DNA of 64,000 nucleotides from Desulfomonilia bacterium (GCA_963664325.2 CAXXDQ010000007.1:768001-832000); one strand, 5' to 3'. Positions 1 through 10,303 are shown, counted from the stretch's first letter. Numbers and translations: made by a program. Notes: a model not told the origin generated them from the letters alone.

Positions 1-135
1 ATTTCTCGTGATTATTAGTGCAGCATCGGTGCCTGTAAATCCCGTGAGCCATAATATATTCGGCCTTGATACGAACAGGATGGCATCAAGCCCCTCAGAC
101 AAACACGCCCTGACCCTTGCTAACCTTGTTTCCAT
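1..135 (-). CDS. Xaa-Pro peptidase family (M24), N-terminal part, runs off window
   Basis: Manual translation from ATG at 135 gives METRLARVRACLSEGLDAILFVSRPNILWLTGFTGTDAALIITRN, with the creatinase-N type NI.WLTGFTG motif. Overlaps the aroQ stop; this gene order is common. Confidence 0.75.
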   Translation of the reverse strand, partial: METRLARVRACLSEGLDAILFVSRPNILWLTGFTGTDAALIITRN

Positions 136-557
136 CTGGCCAGCCCTTCAAGCGCAAGGCAATATACTATTGGCCCCAGGCCGGCGACCGTCCCTATTGC
201 AATATCTGAAAAATAGCTCACATGCCTGAACTCTTCCCGCTTCGCCACATTGCTTATATGAACCTCAACAAACGGTATATTTACTGCGAGCATGGCATCG
301 CGCAATGCAACAGACGTGTGGGTATAACCTCCCGGATTAATAATGATTCCATCAGCCTTTTCAACACCGGCCTTATGGACCCTGTCAATAAGCTCACCCT
401 CATGGTTCGATTGGAAAAACCCGATTTCTATTCCGAGGGCTTCCGCCTTTTCTTTAACCAGTTTTTCAATATCCGAAAGAGATGTCTCCCCGTAAACCGA
501 TATCTCCCTTTTCCCGAGCATGTTCAGGTTTGGGCCGTTAATTATCAGAACCTTCAT
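120..557 (-). CDS. aroQ: type II 3-dehydroquinate dehydratase
   Basis: Motifs NGPNLNMLGKRE, QSNHEG, IINPGGYTHTSVALRDA and EVHISN; start moved to MKVLII at 557. Confidence 0.97.
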   Translation of the reverse strand: MKVLIINGPNLNMLGKREISVYGETSLSDIEKLVKEKAEALGIEIGFFQSNHEGELIDRVHKAGVEKADGIIINPGGYTHTSVALRDAMLAVNIPFVEVHISNVAKREEFRHVSYFSDIAIGTVAGLGPIVYCLALEGLARWKQG

Positions 558-1062
558 TTGCCAGCCTCCCCAGCCATTCTTCAAGCGTTTTTATAATGAA
601 CAACTTCTGCACGTCAGTGGCTTCTTTCCTAATTTCCGCATCGGTTTTAATTTCATCGAGCCCAGCAAATATATCAAGCGACTGCTCATAAAGCCCCTGC
701 GCAGCATAAATCCTGGCAAGCTCGACTGACTGACCTGAAACCAGTTCGTTTTCAGGAACGCCTTCCAGCAGGTCAAGCGCCTCGTCATCATCAGGCCTGA
801 ATGCGATATAACGTTCAATGCACCTCCTGGAAAGATCTGTTTCTCCCATTTTGGCATAAACGACCCCCAGGTGCTTTAAGGCATCAATCATTTCATCGAT
901 CTGGGCCTCTATGCCCGCAAGGATAAGGGCCGCCTGCTCATAATCTCCCATTTTCATAAGCGACATGCCAAGGATTATCTTATCCCGGGTCGTTGAAATC
1001 TCATTTGATGCCTCAATTATTTCGAGATACTTGCCTTCAGCAAATGCCTTTTTTATGTCCAC
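538..1062 (-). CDS. tetratricopeptide repeat protein
   Basis: TPR-like helices (LGMSLMKMGDYEQA, LARIYAAQGLYEQSL); overlaps both neighbours; probable GTG start at 1062. Confidence 0.7.
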   Translation of the reverse strand: MDIKKAFAEGKYLEIIEASNEISTTRDKIILGMSLMKMGDYEQAALILAGIEAQIDEMIDALKHLGVVYAKMGETDLSRRCIERYIAFRPDDDEALDLLEGVPENELVSGQSVELARIYAAQGLYEQSLDIFAGLDEIKTDAEIRKEATDVQKLFIIKTLEEWLGRLANEGSDN

Positions 1063-2593
1063 TTGAATACCTCTTATACGCATTAAGGATAAAATTCAGT
1101 TCCAACTTCCTGACTTCGAAATCACCGATCCCCTTTGCAAGCACAAAATTTATGCCCCCTGAAACGGATTTCTTGTCAACATCCATGGCCTTGCCTATTC
1201 CTGAAACAGGGGGAAGTTTGTAACGGCCTGATACCATAGAGTATTTGTCAATAAGCTTCCTGACCCTTGCAATATCATTTTTCTTCATCAAACCGAGTTC
1301 ACCAGAAATGAAGCACGCAAACTCCATACCCAGGGCAACGGCTTCACCATGATGCACCTTGAATTCATAAAACTGCTCAATGGCATGTCCGAGCGTATGC
1401 CCGAAATTGAGTATGCGCCTGAGTGACCCTTCCAGCTCATCCCTTGCAACCACATAGGCCTTGTCCCTGCAGCACATCCTGACAACAGTATCCATATCCA
1501 GGCTTTCATCTTCTAAACCTTCGAACAAAGCACTGTCCATGATGATGCCGTATTTAACCACCTCACCCATTCCGCCAATAATTTCTTCCCTGCTCAGAGT
1601 ATCAAAAAATACCGGGTCACAAACTACGAATTCAGGCTGCTTGAACAGGCCTATCAGGTTCTTGCCCCTTTCATGGTTTATCCCGGTCTTGCCTCCAATG
1701 CCTGCATCAACCTGTGAAAGCAGCGTGGTGGGCACCTGAACCACAGGAATCCCCCTCATGAATACCCCTGCGGCAAATCCCGAGAGATCCCCGGTCACGC
1801 CACCTCCGATTGCAACACACGCCCACTGTCTGTTCATCCCTGATGAGATCATCTTTGAAAGAACCTGTTCAAATTTTTTCTGGCTTTTGGAGCCTTCACC
1901 AGCTGAGACTTTTGTGATTATATGCCTGACCCCTGAAACGGCCTTTTCAATTTCCGTCCTGTAAAGCCTCATTACATTTTCATCAACAAGACAGAAAAGA
2001 CCTTCCGGCTTCAGATGGCGCTTCATGAGGGTTCCGAGCTTTTCAAATACCCCTTTGCCTATATAGACAGGGTACGGCTGATTTTTAAGGAGAACAGGCA
2101 CAGGTTCTGGAATTACTTCGAGAAATTCCATAATTTTTTTTGCGGATTTTCCGGCACTTGTTTCGTTCGTATCTATTATCAGGTCGGCATCTGAATAAGC
2201 TGTCAGGCGGGACTTGAAAAGAGCTTCAACGCCCTCGTTCCAGTTGGGCCTGTTCATATCTTTGCCTATTCTTTTCCTGAGAATTTCCAGTGGAGCCGTA
2301 AGGTTGACTATCATGCCGGAAGCCTTCATGACCGAACGGTTTAAAGGGTTAACCGGTGCACCGCCCCCTGTTGCAATTACACCCTGGCCTTTATCGGCGA
2401 TCTCGAAAAGCACCTCTCTTTCTATTGCACGAAACGCATTTTCGCCTGCGTATTTGAATATCTCAGGTATGGTGGAGCCCGTCTTCGAAACGATTTCTTC
2501 ATCCATGTCTATAAAAGGCAGTCCGCTTATTCTGGCAAGTTCACTACCTATTGTCGTCTTTCCGGCGCCCATAAATCCAGTGAGAAATATCAT
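1037..2593 (-). CDS. aroB: bifunctional shikimate kinase / 3-dehydroquinate synthase (AroK-AroB fusion)
   Basis: N-terminal GFMGAGKTT P-loop and ATGGG (AroK); C-terminal GGGVTGDLSGF, PTTLLSQVDA..GGKTG, LNFGHTLGHAIE and HGEAV (AroB). Confidence 0.96.
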   Translation of the reverse strand: MIFLTGFMGAGKTTIGSELARISGLPFIDMDEEIVSKTGSTIPEIFKYAGENAFRAIEREVLFEIADKGQGVIATGGGAPVNPLNRSVMKASGMIVNLTAPLEILRKRIGKDMNRPNWNEGVEALFKSRLTAYSDADLIIDTNETSAGKSAKKIMEFLEVIPEPVPVLLKNQPYPVYIGKGVFEKLGTLMKRHLKPEGLFCLVDENVMRLYRTEIEKAVSGVRHIITKVSAGEGSKSQKKFEQVLSKMISSGMNRQWACVAIGGGVTGDLSGFAAGVFMRGIPVVQVPTTLLSQVDAGIGGKTGINHERGKNLIGLFKQPEFVVCDPVFFDTLSREEIIGGMGEVVKYGIIMDSALFEGLEDESLDMDTVVRMCCRDKAYVVARDELEGSLRRILNFGHTLGHAIEQFYEFKVHHGEAVALGMEFACFISGELGLMKKNDIARVRKLIDKYSMVSGRYKLPPVSGIGKAMDVDKKSVSGGINFVLAKGIGDFEVRKLELNFILNAYKRYSSGHKKGIC

Positions 2594-3717
2594 GGCAGTT
2601 CAGAACGCCTCCTGTGTTCCTCGAATGCATATTTCAATTCATCCATATTTGCCTGTCCGAAATCATTCATGATGGCTGAAGCAATCGAAACAATCATCAT
2701 TGCCTCTCCAACCACACTGGCGGCAGGCACGGCGCAATAATCCGAGCGCTCGTACTGCGCCCTTGTCTCGGCGCCGTTTCTTATATCTATGGAATCAAGC
2801 CCTTTGATGAGGGTCGGAATCGGTTTCATCGTGCATGTGGCAACAATGTTCTGGCCGTTGGATATGCCGCCTTCTATGCCTCCTGCATTGTTTGTCCTCC
2901 GCCCGCTCCTTGCACATATTTCATCGTGAAAATTCGAGCCGTAAACAGCACCTGAATGAACGCCCTTTCCTATCTGAACAGCCTTGATTGCAGGAATCGA
3001 CATCATAAAAGCGGATATTATTGTATCCAGTCTTTTGTTCCACTGTGCAGACGAACCGATGCCGGCAGGAAGTCCTGCAGCCTCTATCCTGAACTCACCT
3101 CCAAGGGTGTCCCCGTCCTTGATGGCCTTTTCGATTGCCTTCTCCATTTCTTTTGATGTCACCGGATCAGGGCAGAACACACTTGATGCATCCCTTTTCC
3201 CGATATCGAACATACCATCGAACTTTACCTTCCCAATACCGGAAACATAACCGTATACATTAATGCCAAGCTCGTTTAATAGGCATCTCAGAAGTCCGCC
3301 TGCCGCCACCCGGCCTGCCGTTTCCCTTGCGCTGGCTCTTTCCAGCACATTGCGCAAATCCTTGTGGCAGAACCTTATTGCGCCGGGCAGATCTGCATGC
3401 CCGGGTCTGGGTGTGTAAAGCTCTTTTCCGGAAACAATGCTGAACGGGTCCATATAACTCTTCCAGTTTTCAAAATCGGCATTCCAGACGGCTAGCATAA
3501 CCGGACTGCCGAGGGTCAGGCCTCCGCGAATGCCGGACAGGACATCAACGCGGTCCTTCTCTATCATCATCCTGCCGCCGCGCCCGTAACCCATCTGCCT
3601 CCTGGCAAGGTCATTATCTATTACCTCTTTTGAAATATTCAAGCCCGCAGGTATCCCGTCCAGAAAGGCGAATATCCCCCTGCCATGAGATTCTCCCGCA
3701 GTATAGAATGTAAGCAT
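2590..3717 (-). CDS. aroC: chorismate synthase
   Basis: TAGESHG, PRPGHAD, ERASARETA, TNNAGGIEGGISNG; GGAGG RBS before ATG at 3717. Confidence 0.98.
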   Translation of the reverse strand: MLTFYTAGESHGRGIFAFLDGIPAGLNISKEVIDNDLARRQMGYGRGGRMMIEKDRVDVLSGIRGGLTLGSPVMLAVWNADFENWKSYMDPFSIVSGKELYTPRPGHADLPGAIRFCHKDLRNVLERASARETAGRVAAGGLLRCLLNELGINVYGYVSGIGKVKFDGMFDIGKRDASSVFCPDPVTSKEMEKAIEKAIKDGDTLGGEFRIEAAGLPAGIGSSAQWNKRLDTIISAFMMSIPAIKAVQIGKGVHSGAVYGSNFHDEICARSGRRTNNAGGIEGGISNGQNIVATCTMKPIPTLIKGLDSIDIRNGAETRAQYERSDYCAVPAASVVGEAMMIVSIASAIMNDFGQANMDELKYAFEEHRRRSELP

Positions 3718-3787
3718 TGTTCCTCCTATATCCGGCAAAAACTGTTTGTCTATCTAATTGATAAAAAATTCATGAATAATGTTTTAT

Positions 3788-4411
3788 TCAGATAATACTT
3801 AAAATATTTTCAAGAGAAGGCAAAGATTCTTTATGCATTTCACCCTCTCCCCTGTATACATGGTAAGCATTATATCCTGCTTTTTTGGGTGCTTCAAAGT
3901 CGTGGTATATGTTATCACCTACATGAACAAAAGGCCCTGCTAATATTTCGAGCCGTTTAAAGGCAGCCGGATCTGATTTTACCATACCCCAGTCGTCAGG
4001 AAGCGAGACTACATGGTCAAAATACGGACTCAATCCGGCTTTACTCATTTCCTCATCAAGGAAAAGCCTGGAAGCATTTGAGAATATTACCAGCCTGAAC
4101 CCCTGTTGTTTGAGTTTAATTACTGCCGGAATTACGTCATTGAATAGCTCTATACACATGGAAAATGCTTTTATAATTCCTTTTGCATCGGCATCCACAC
4201 CGAGATATTCAAGCCAGTAAGGAAGCTGATAATATTTAACCGATCTGTCTCCTATGGTTTCATATGCATTACGGCACAGAAATCTCGCCGTCTCTTTTGG
4301 AATTCTATACCTAGAAGATACTCGAGAAGGCACCCCTTCATCCCAGACGGCATCCGCAAATGTACGTTTTGTAAGCGTTCCGTCCAGGTCGAAAGATATT
4401 ACCCTGCTCAT
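3788..4411 (-). CDS. HAD-superfamily hydrolase
   Basis: FDLDGTL motif I, FSN motif II, HVGDNIYHD motif IV. Confidence 0.9.
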   Translation of the reverse strand: MSRVISFDLDGTLTKRTFADAVWDEGVPSRVSSRYRIPKETARFLCRNAYETIGDRSVKYYQLPYWLEYLGVDADAKGIIKAFSMCIELFNDVIPAVIKLKQQGFRLVIFSNASRLFLDEEMSKAGLSPYFDHVVSLPDDWGMVKSDPAAFKRLEILAGPFVHVGDNIYHDFEAPKKAGYNAYHVYRGEGEMHKESLPSLENILSII

Positions 4412-4438
4412 TATATCTTTTTAAAGTCCTCCGCTTAA

Positions 4439-5110
4439 TCAGAGAAGATACCAGACGTTATCGCGTTCTTCAATCTCTCCGGATATGCTCATGTCCGAGA
4501 GCACCTTTTCAATATCCAGTGTTGCCACTTCCAGTTTCATGGAGTCTTCAAGTATACTTATTATCTCTTCGATTGTTGCTCCACCTGTCATCTGCAGGGC
4601 TTTTTCGGTGAATATCACCAGATCTTCATGTTTGGACCACGGGAATAAGACCCACCTCCATTCGTCCATTACCTTGGGGCAAAAGTCTGCCCTGAATTTG
4701 CAGTTCATTTTGCTGACAAGAACCGCTGTTTTTATATCTCCGACCTTCGAGCCGAGGTAATTGACAACTGCCTGCATAGTCATACCCTCGTCGCTTACAT
4801 CGTCTACAACAAGCACTTTCTTATCAGTAAGATTGCTCTCAGGCAGAGGGTATATCAGAACGGGCTTTTCCGTAATCGTCATATCACCTGAAAGATGCCC
4901 CATCTGGAATGTGCATATATATTTTTTCTGCAGGTAATCGAGCAGTATTCTTGCGGGGACCAGCCCTCCCCTTGCAACGGCAATAACCACATCAGGGTCG
5001 TAGCCAGTTTTGTTGAGATTCAAATAAATATCCCAGACAAGGTCCTCCAGGTCATCCCAGGATATGTTGATCGCTCTTGGAAATTTGCTTTTCGTATCGC
5101 TTAAAGCCAT
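4439..5110 (-). CDS. type I phosphoribosyltransferase (Gpt-like) with C-terminal helical extension
   Basis: IAVARGGLVPA, VLVVDDVSDEGMT PRPP loop, WVLFPW; about 60 extra C-terminal residues. Confidence 0.88.
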   Translation of the reverse strand: MALSDTKSKFPRAINISWDDLEDLVWDIYLNLNKTGYDPDVVIAVARGGLVPARILLDYLQKKYICTFQMGHLSGDMTITEKPVLIYPLPESNLTDKKVLVVDDVSDEGMTMQAVVNYLGSKVGDIKTAVLVSKMNCKFRADFCPKVMDEWRWVLFPWSKHEDLVIFTEKALQMTGGATIEEIISILEDSMKLEVATLDIEKVLSDMSISGEIEERDNVWYLL

Positions 5111-5166
5111 TTTCGTCTCCCCCTGTATCCATCCTAAGTAACTTTTTAAATATTTCCTGGAATTCC

Positions 5167-6006
5167 CTAGTTGACATTAGTACGGGGCGAACCCAACGTT
5201 CCCCCGATCACTACCTTGACGTTTTCGTTCCCCGACGGCCCGAGAAATGCCTTGTATGCCTGGGAGAGTTTCAGGCCTATTATAAAGTTAAGGTTGGAGG
5301 CCCAAATATTGCCGCCCATTTTCATATCTCCCCTCAAATTCCCCGAGACATCATTCCCTGTCAGATCTGCCTTTGAAAGTTTCAGCAATCCGTTACTCAT
5401 GTTGGCCTTCAGTTCAAACTTGCTGAAAGGAATTGCGGCAATGGGAAAACCCGGAATGTTGAGCGGTATCTGTCCATTGTCAATCAGAAGGTCTATTTCC
5501 CCGTTTGATCTTTCAGGTTGCTTCTTTATATATGTGACATCAATGTCCCCGTTTACCGTCCCTGCCAGCTCGTCAAACTTGTTTGAAAAATGCTTGATCA
5601 CCGACAGTCCAAATTTTTTCATATGAAGGTTAACATCTATCCTGTTGCCGATCTTCAAAAAAGTTGTCGCAAGACTCCCCTTCAGCAGCCCTTTGCCTTC
5701 CGTGATCTTGACACCCAGGGCGAATTCACCAATAAACAAAGGCAATATTTCCGGTTTCAGTGTCAAGCTGTCCATGGCATGCTCTCCAGAGATATTAACT
5801 CCGACCATTGTCCATCCTATCGGCAGGGCTGGTTTTATCGCGTTCACCGAAACATCCATATTGATCGTGTTGCTTAATGCATTCTCAAATTTCGGCTTTA
5901 ATGCATAATAGGGAAACAGCATGTATGAAAACAAGAGGACACAGAATATTCCGTAGAGAATAAAAAGAAACTTCTTTCTGAAAGGGGCTTTGACTTCATT
6001 ATCCAT
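5167..6006 (-). CDS. gspN: type II secretion protein GspN-like
   Basis: N-terminal TM ending in FPY, beta-rich body, C-terminal IGGTLGSP; last gene of the gsp block. Confidence 0.75.
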   Translation of the reverse strand: MDNEVKAPFRKKFLFILYGIFCVLLFSYMLFPYYALKPKFENALSNTINMDVSVNAIKPALPIGWTMVGVNISGEHAMDSLTLKPEILPLFIGEFALGVKITEGKGLLKGSLATTFLKIGNRIDVNLHMKKFGLSVIKHFSNKFDELAGTVNGDIDVTYIKKQPERSNGEIDLLIDNGQIPLNIPGFPIAAIPFSKFELKANMSNGLLKLSKADLTGNDVSGNLRGDMKMGGNIWASNLNFIIGLKLSQAYKAFLGPSGNENVKVVIGGTLGSPRTNVN

Positions 6007-6550
6007 TTATCTGCACCTGAAAAGTGACGTCAAGGTTTTTATCCTTTTCCGATTTTCTTAGATTGAAACGTTTAATCTTAAGAGGCGTAGGGGAAGTATC
6101 AATGCCATAAAGAAATCCCACCAGGTCATCTTCAAAAATCCCCTTGATCCTGATTTCTACAGCCTCTCTTTCATTGCCTGCCGATGCAACAGGCTTCATG
6201 TATTCTATTTTGTCTTTTATATTCCGTTTATCGGCAAGATCCTCAAGATATCCGAACACGGTAAAATCCCCCCTAGCAGCCTTGCTGCGCGCATTTACGG
6301 ATTCGATTGCCTTGATTCTGGAACTGATCTCATAAACACTTTTCAACTGTCTTTCCTTTATATCAATATTTTTCTCCATTTTGGCGTTCAACTTCCCCAG
6401 AGGAAGCATTATAAAAACGATAAGGATAAACAATACCGCAAACGCACAGCCTGCCAAAAGATATTGCTTCTCTCTCTTGGAAAGCTTTTCATTCAGCTTT
6501 CCATTCAATGTTTTCTGTATATTCTGTATGCTTTTTATATTAATTTTCAT
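5999..6550 (-). CDS. gspM: type II secretion protein GspM
   Basis: LSKREK motif before a single TM, then coiled coil and ferredoxin-like C-terminus; follows gspL. Confidence 0.8.
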   Translation of the reverse strand: MKINIKSIQNIQKTLNGKLNEKLSKREKQYLLAGCAFAVLFILIVFIMLPLGKLNAKMEKNIDIKERQLKSVYEISSRIKAIESVNARSKAARGDFTVFGYLEDLADKRNIKDKIEYMKPVASAGNEREAVEIRIKGIFEDDLVGFLYGIDTSPTPLKIKRFNLRKSEKDKNLDVTFQVQING

Positions 6551-8049
6551 TTTGCGCCGCCTGTGGAACAGGTAAGCCTGAATACGACTTTCTGATCGTT
6601 TTTGTTTACGTTCGCAGAGACTATCTTCACTTCTTTTACAAAGGGTATTCTTGAGATACCTGTCTTTACTTTTTCAACATTTTCATATGAATCAGTAGTG
6701 CCGGAGAGTGTCAACGCGTTTTCATCAAGGGTCAGTGAATCTATTACCGTGTTCAGATTTGACGGTATCTTATCACTCAATTCCCTCAGAACGGTGAGAG
6801 GTGATTCGCCTGCTCCAGACCCGGGTCCGTAGATTGTATTGAGTTTGTTCAGCCTTTGTTCAAGCTGAACAACAGGGTCGACCATTGTTGTTCCGGGCGG
6901 CATGACTGTAGCAAACTGTTTTTTTACCTGTGAGTCAAGTTTGCTGCTTATCCTGCTCTTTAACAGGGTATCTGCCGTGTAACCGATGCCCCACATTACA
7001 ATCAGCACTACGACAGCCTTTATCCACACACCGAACTGTGCCTTGAGCTTTACCATCTGTAGGGAAAAGGCGCTTCCATGCTGGTAAAAATTTACCATGT
7101 CGACCTTGTCTTCACCCCTGAAGGCAAGGGATACCGACATGAAAGAAAGCATCATATCCTTTGCAGGGCCGTCATATAAAATACCCTTGAACGAAGGCAG
7201 GTTCCTGTCTATATCCGAGTTCTCAAGCATCTCTGAAATATCGTTTATGCAGGTAGCATAGCCCGCAGGTATCGCATTATAGCTCTCGACTTCACGTGGA
7301 ATTTTGTAAAGGGATATCATTACTTCCATTATCAGTCTGTCGAGATGACCGCCTCCATCAATGCCGGTTGACATGGCTTTTTCAAAAGCCTCGTTTACGG
7401 ATATTCCTTTTTCCTTTGCCACAACTTCAAGGATTCTTTCAAAACCAAGCGGTGCAGAGCCCATGTGTTTGACGACATTGCCGTGCAGTATGCAGATCGA
7501 CGTGTCCCTCCAGCCCATATAAATTACGACATATCCCCTTTCCGGTCCGAGGTTGAATACATTCCTGGCACCTGCACCTATCGCAGACGAAGGGGCCTCC
7601 AACACCTCGGGATCAATGCCTGCTTTTTTGCAATATGATATAATCTTATCTACCTCGGCCTTTCTGGCGGCAGCGGTCTCGATAAGGGTCTCTCCCGCGT
7701 CATCTTTCCCCACTATGACAAAATCAACATTAAGCTCATCACCAACCGGGAGCAGGGTTTCCGCCTCGGGGCCTACCGTTTCCGCAATCTTCTTCCTGTC
7801 GGTGAACGGCCTTTTCATCTGGCGGTACATGACATACTGGCCCGATAAGGCCGTTATGTTTTTTTCTGCAGTGAGACCGATTTCAGAGATAACCGATTTG
7901 ATGTCTTCGTCGAGATTCCTGACAGGCCGTCCGTGAGCCACTTCTCTTCTGCGTCTTACAAGCTTTTCAATGGATGCATCTCCAGAGTTTAAAAGGCAGG
8001 CCTGTATCTCGGTATCATCTCCGTAAACTCCCAGAGAGTATCTTGCCAT
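6547..8049 (-). CDS. gspL: type II secretion protein GspL (PilM-like cytoplasmic plus PilN-like periplasmic domain)
   Basis: Actin-like N-terminal domain, one TM, PilN-like LTLSGTTDSYENVE; lies between gspK and gspM. Confidence 0.82.
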   Translation of the reverse strand: MARYSLGVYGDDTEIQACLLNSGDASIEKLVRRRREVAHGRPVRNLDEDIKSVISEIGLTAEKNITALSGQYVMYRQMKRPFTDRKKIAETVGPEAETLLPVGDELNVDFVIVGKDDAGETLIETAAARKAEVDKIISYCKKAGIDPEVLEAPSSAIGAGARNVFNLGPERGYVVIYMGWRDTSICILHGNVVKHMGSAPLGFERILEVVAKEKGISVNEAFEKAMSTGIDGGGHLDRLIMEVMISLYKIPREVESYNAIPAGYATCINDISEMLENSDIDRNLPSFKGILYDGPAKDMMLSFMSVSLAFRGEDKVDMVNFYQHGSAFSLQMVKLKAQFGVWIKAVVVLIVMWGIGYTADTLLKSRISSKLDSQVKKQFATVMPPGTTMVDPVVQLEQRLNKLNTIYGPGSGAGESPLTVLRELSDKIPSNLNTVIDSLTLDENALTLSGTTDSYENVEKVKTGISRIPFVKEVKIVSANVNKNDQKVVFRLTCSTGGAK

Positions 8050-8068
8050 AATGAACAGCTCCCTTTGT

Positions 8069-9103
8069 TTAATATATTTTATAATATACTATTTGCGGAG
8101 TATTTTTATCAATCATAAAGAGTTTTGCCTTTGTGTTAACCATGGCACCCGAAGACATTACCCCTTTGACGTCCACACTGAACATGGTGCTGCTTACGCT
8201 AATCATTGCCACTAGTTTACTAACATCATTCGGATCGTCGACCAATGCCTGGTAACCCTGACCGGTGGTGTTATCCTGGACGCATTTTATTACTTCATCA
8301 ATTTTTTTAAAAGGTCTGCATTCAATGATCTTCTCGGCCAGAGCTTCATCAATATGTGGAGCAAGGCTCATCAGCACCTCTTTTGAGGCCGTATTAACAT
8401 TGACTGTGCCTTTACCCATTGCACTTGTCCCTGCCGTGATGAATTTGCCTATGCCTTGATAGGACTCGGTCCCGTAATACCATTCCGGCTTCATGCCCTT
8501 TACCAGAAGGATTTCTTCTGGAGAATCCATGGGCCCGTCTTTGCAGTCATACGGCTCGGCCAGGCTCTTGTAGTATTCATCCTCTGCGCCGCCGCTCACC
8601 TGCGGTTCATTGTCAAGGTCGATCCAGTCACATATGCAGTTGATAAGGTCATTGAGCTCCTGCTCAGATATATCGATATTCAGAACATCACGCCCCATCA
8701 GTCTTTTAAGCTGTGCCGCTCTGAACTCGTTCTTCACATACTTGTCCCCGCTCAGTTCGACCAGGCTGTTGATGTCCAGCTTGGAGCATTCGTCTGTTAT
8801 ATTGCCCTGTATGGTCATTCCCTCGAGATTGGTGCTCGCCACCATCATATAGTCCGAGAATTTAGCCCAGTCCTCATCTTCGGAATCATATTCGTTGTCG
8901 TCTTTAGCCAGCATGGACATCGCGGCCTCTACGCCGGCACTCCCCAGATATTGGGCCTGCAGGGAATCCCTGAAATTATAGGCAAGGTCCCGCTCCATCC
9001 TCTGATCGGTCTTGAAATTAAATATGAGCGCATAGAACAGTGCAAAAACAGCCAGAACAAGTATGAGGACCACACCCTTTTTATCGCGAACAAGAGATTC
9101 CAT
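8069..9103 (-). CDS. gspK: minor pseudopilin GspK
   Basis: KKG|VVLILVL prepilin site, DECSKLDIN, DWIDLD, GAEDEYY, VNVNTAS. Confidence 0.93.
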   Translation of the reverse strand: MESLVRDKKGVVLILVLAVFALFYALIFNFKTDQRMERDLAYNFRDSLQAQYLGSAGVEAAMSMLAKDDNEYDSEDEDWAKFSDYMMVASTNLEGMTIQGNITDECSKLDINSLVELSGDKYVKNEFRAAQLKRLMGRDVLNIDISEQELNDLINCICDWIDLDNEPQVSGGAEDEYYKSLAEPYDCKDGPMDSPEEILLVKGMKPEWYYGTESYQGIGKFITAGTSAMGKGTVNVNTASKEVLMSLAPHIDEALAEKIIECRPFKKIDEVIKCVQDNTTGQGYQALVDDPNDVSKLVAMISVSSTMFSVDVKGVMSSGAMVNTKAKLFMIDKNTPQIVYYKIY

Positions 9104-9108
9104 TCCTG

Positions 9109-9942
9109 CTAGGCCCCGCTTTTCGGCAGCTGTATTTTCGCCAGAACGGGAGAGGCAACACTAGAAAATGTATAGGTATCCTTGCCGCTTTTAAAGCTCA
9201 GCGTGATCTTGATCATATTAGGCAGGGCCGGCGGTGACGTACTCGATGCATCCCACTCATCGCTTTCCTTGTTTTCCTTGCCGTAATAGACAATACTCAT
9301 TGAAACCACGTTTTCGGCAATTTCCATACCTGGATTCTGTCCATTGTCAGTTATTCCATCGTGAGGCTTGTTGTCTTCCCGTCTTATAAGAAAATATAGG
9401 CCCTTGTTATCAGGGTCTTCTTTAAGCTCATAATCAACTTCGTTTAAAATACCTGCTTTATCCCCAAGACCTATATCGCTTGTAGTAGTGAAATATATCT
9501 TGTCAGTATCGTTCTTCCCGTCATTTTCGTGCTTGCCTATAAATCTGTATTTCTGAGCAAGTTCATTGGCCTTTGGATTGTTTTTGAGGTCATCATCGAG
9601 GAGCAGATATGGAGAAAAATACACACAACTCAGATCTTTCATCATCCTGTCCATGCAGAGTCTAGCCATCTGATAAACTTCTGTCTGGGCCATTATGGTC
9701 TTTGTAACCTTATGAGACTGGTAAAAGGTTACATAGACCGTTCCAACCACAACTACCGATATGGCAATTGCAAGCATCAGCTCTACCAGGGTAAAGCCCT
9801 TCCTGTTCTGTTTTGGATTCAAGCCCATCCCTGAGCTGTCCGTGGAAATAGGCTCCGGTATGCCTTTAACATACCCGGGAGAGCTGACAACCCAGCCGAT
9901 AGAAAAGGCATCTGAATGCAAACCGGAATCGTTAATCTGCAT
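9109..9942 (-). CDS. gspJ: minor pseudopilin GspJ-like
   Basis: RKG|FTLVELM prepilin motif and C-terminal LPNMIKITL; start uncertain (9942 or 9828). Confidence 0.82.
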   Translation of the reverse strand: MQINDSGLHSDAFSIGWVVSSPGYVKGIPEPISTDSSGMGLNPKQNRKGFTLVELMLAIAISVVVVGTVYVTFYQSHKVTKTIMAQTEVYQMARLCMDRMMKDLSCVYFSPYLLLDDDLKNNPKANELAQKYRFIGKHENDGKNDTDKIYFTTTSDIGLGDKAGILNEVDYELKEDPDNKGLYFLIRREDNKPHDGITDNGQNPGMEIAENVVSMSIVYYGKENKESDEWDASSTSPPALPNMIKITLSFKSGKDTYTFSSVASPVLAKIQLPKSGA

Positions 9943-10303
9943 ACAGGAATGTAACGAGCTTATTCTGGTAGGCATTATTTCCTGTCCCAAGGTTTATCGT
10001 CAGAGTATATTTATAATAAGCGGATAAAGGTGTAACCTCAACATCCTCCTTGTAGGTATAACCCGGGAAATCCGCACCGAAATCACCGTTTTTCTGTCCC
10101 GGTACAGGCGGTTCCTTCGACATATTGGCCTTTACCTCGGAAATATGCCGTTCTGCGAGAAGCGTTGATGTTGTAATGAACTTTGATTGCGAGCACATAT
10201 CGATACCCTGGGTCTCCGCTGAAAGGAGCGCCACAAATGTGATGCTCAAAAATACCATTGCTATCATCACTTCCAGCAGAGTGAAACCATTATTCCTTGC
10301 CAT
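9932..10303 (-). CDS. gspI: minor pseudopilin GspI
   Basis: NNG|FTLLEVMIAM prepilin motif; position in operon. Confidence 0.82.
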   Translation of the reverse strand: MARNNGFTLLEVMIAMVFLSITFVALLSAETQGIDMCSQSKFITTSTLLAERHISEVKANMSKEPPVPGQKNGDFGADFPGYTYKEDVEVTPLSAYYKYTLTINLGTGNNAYQNKLVTFLYAD

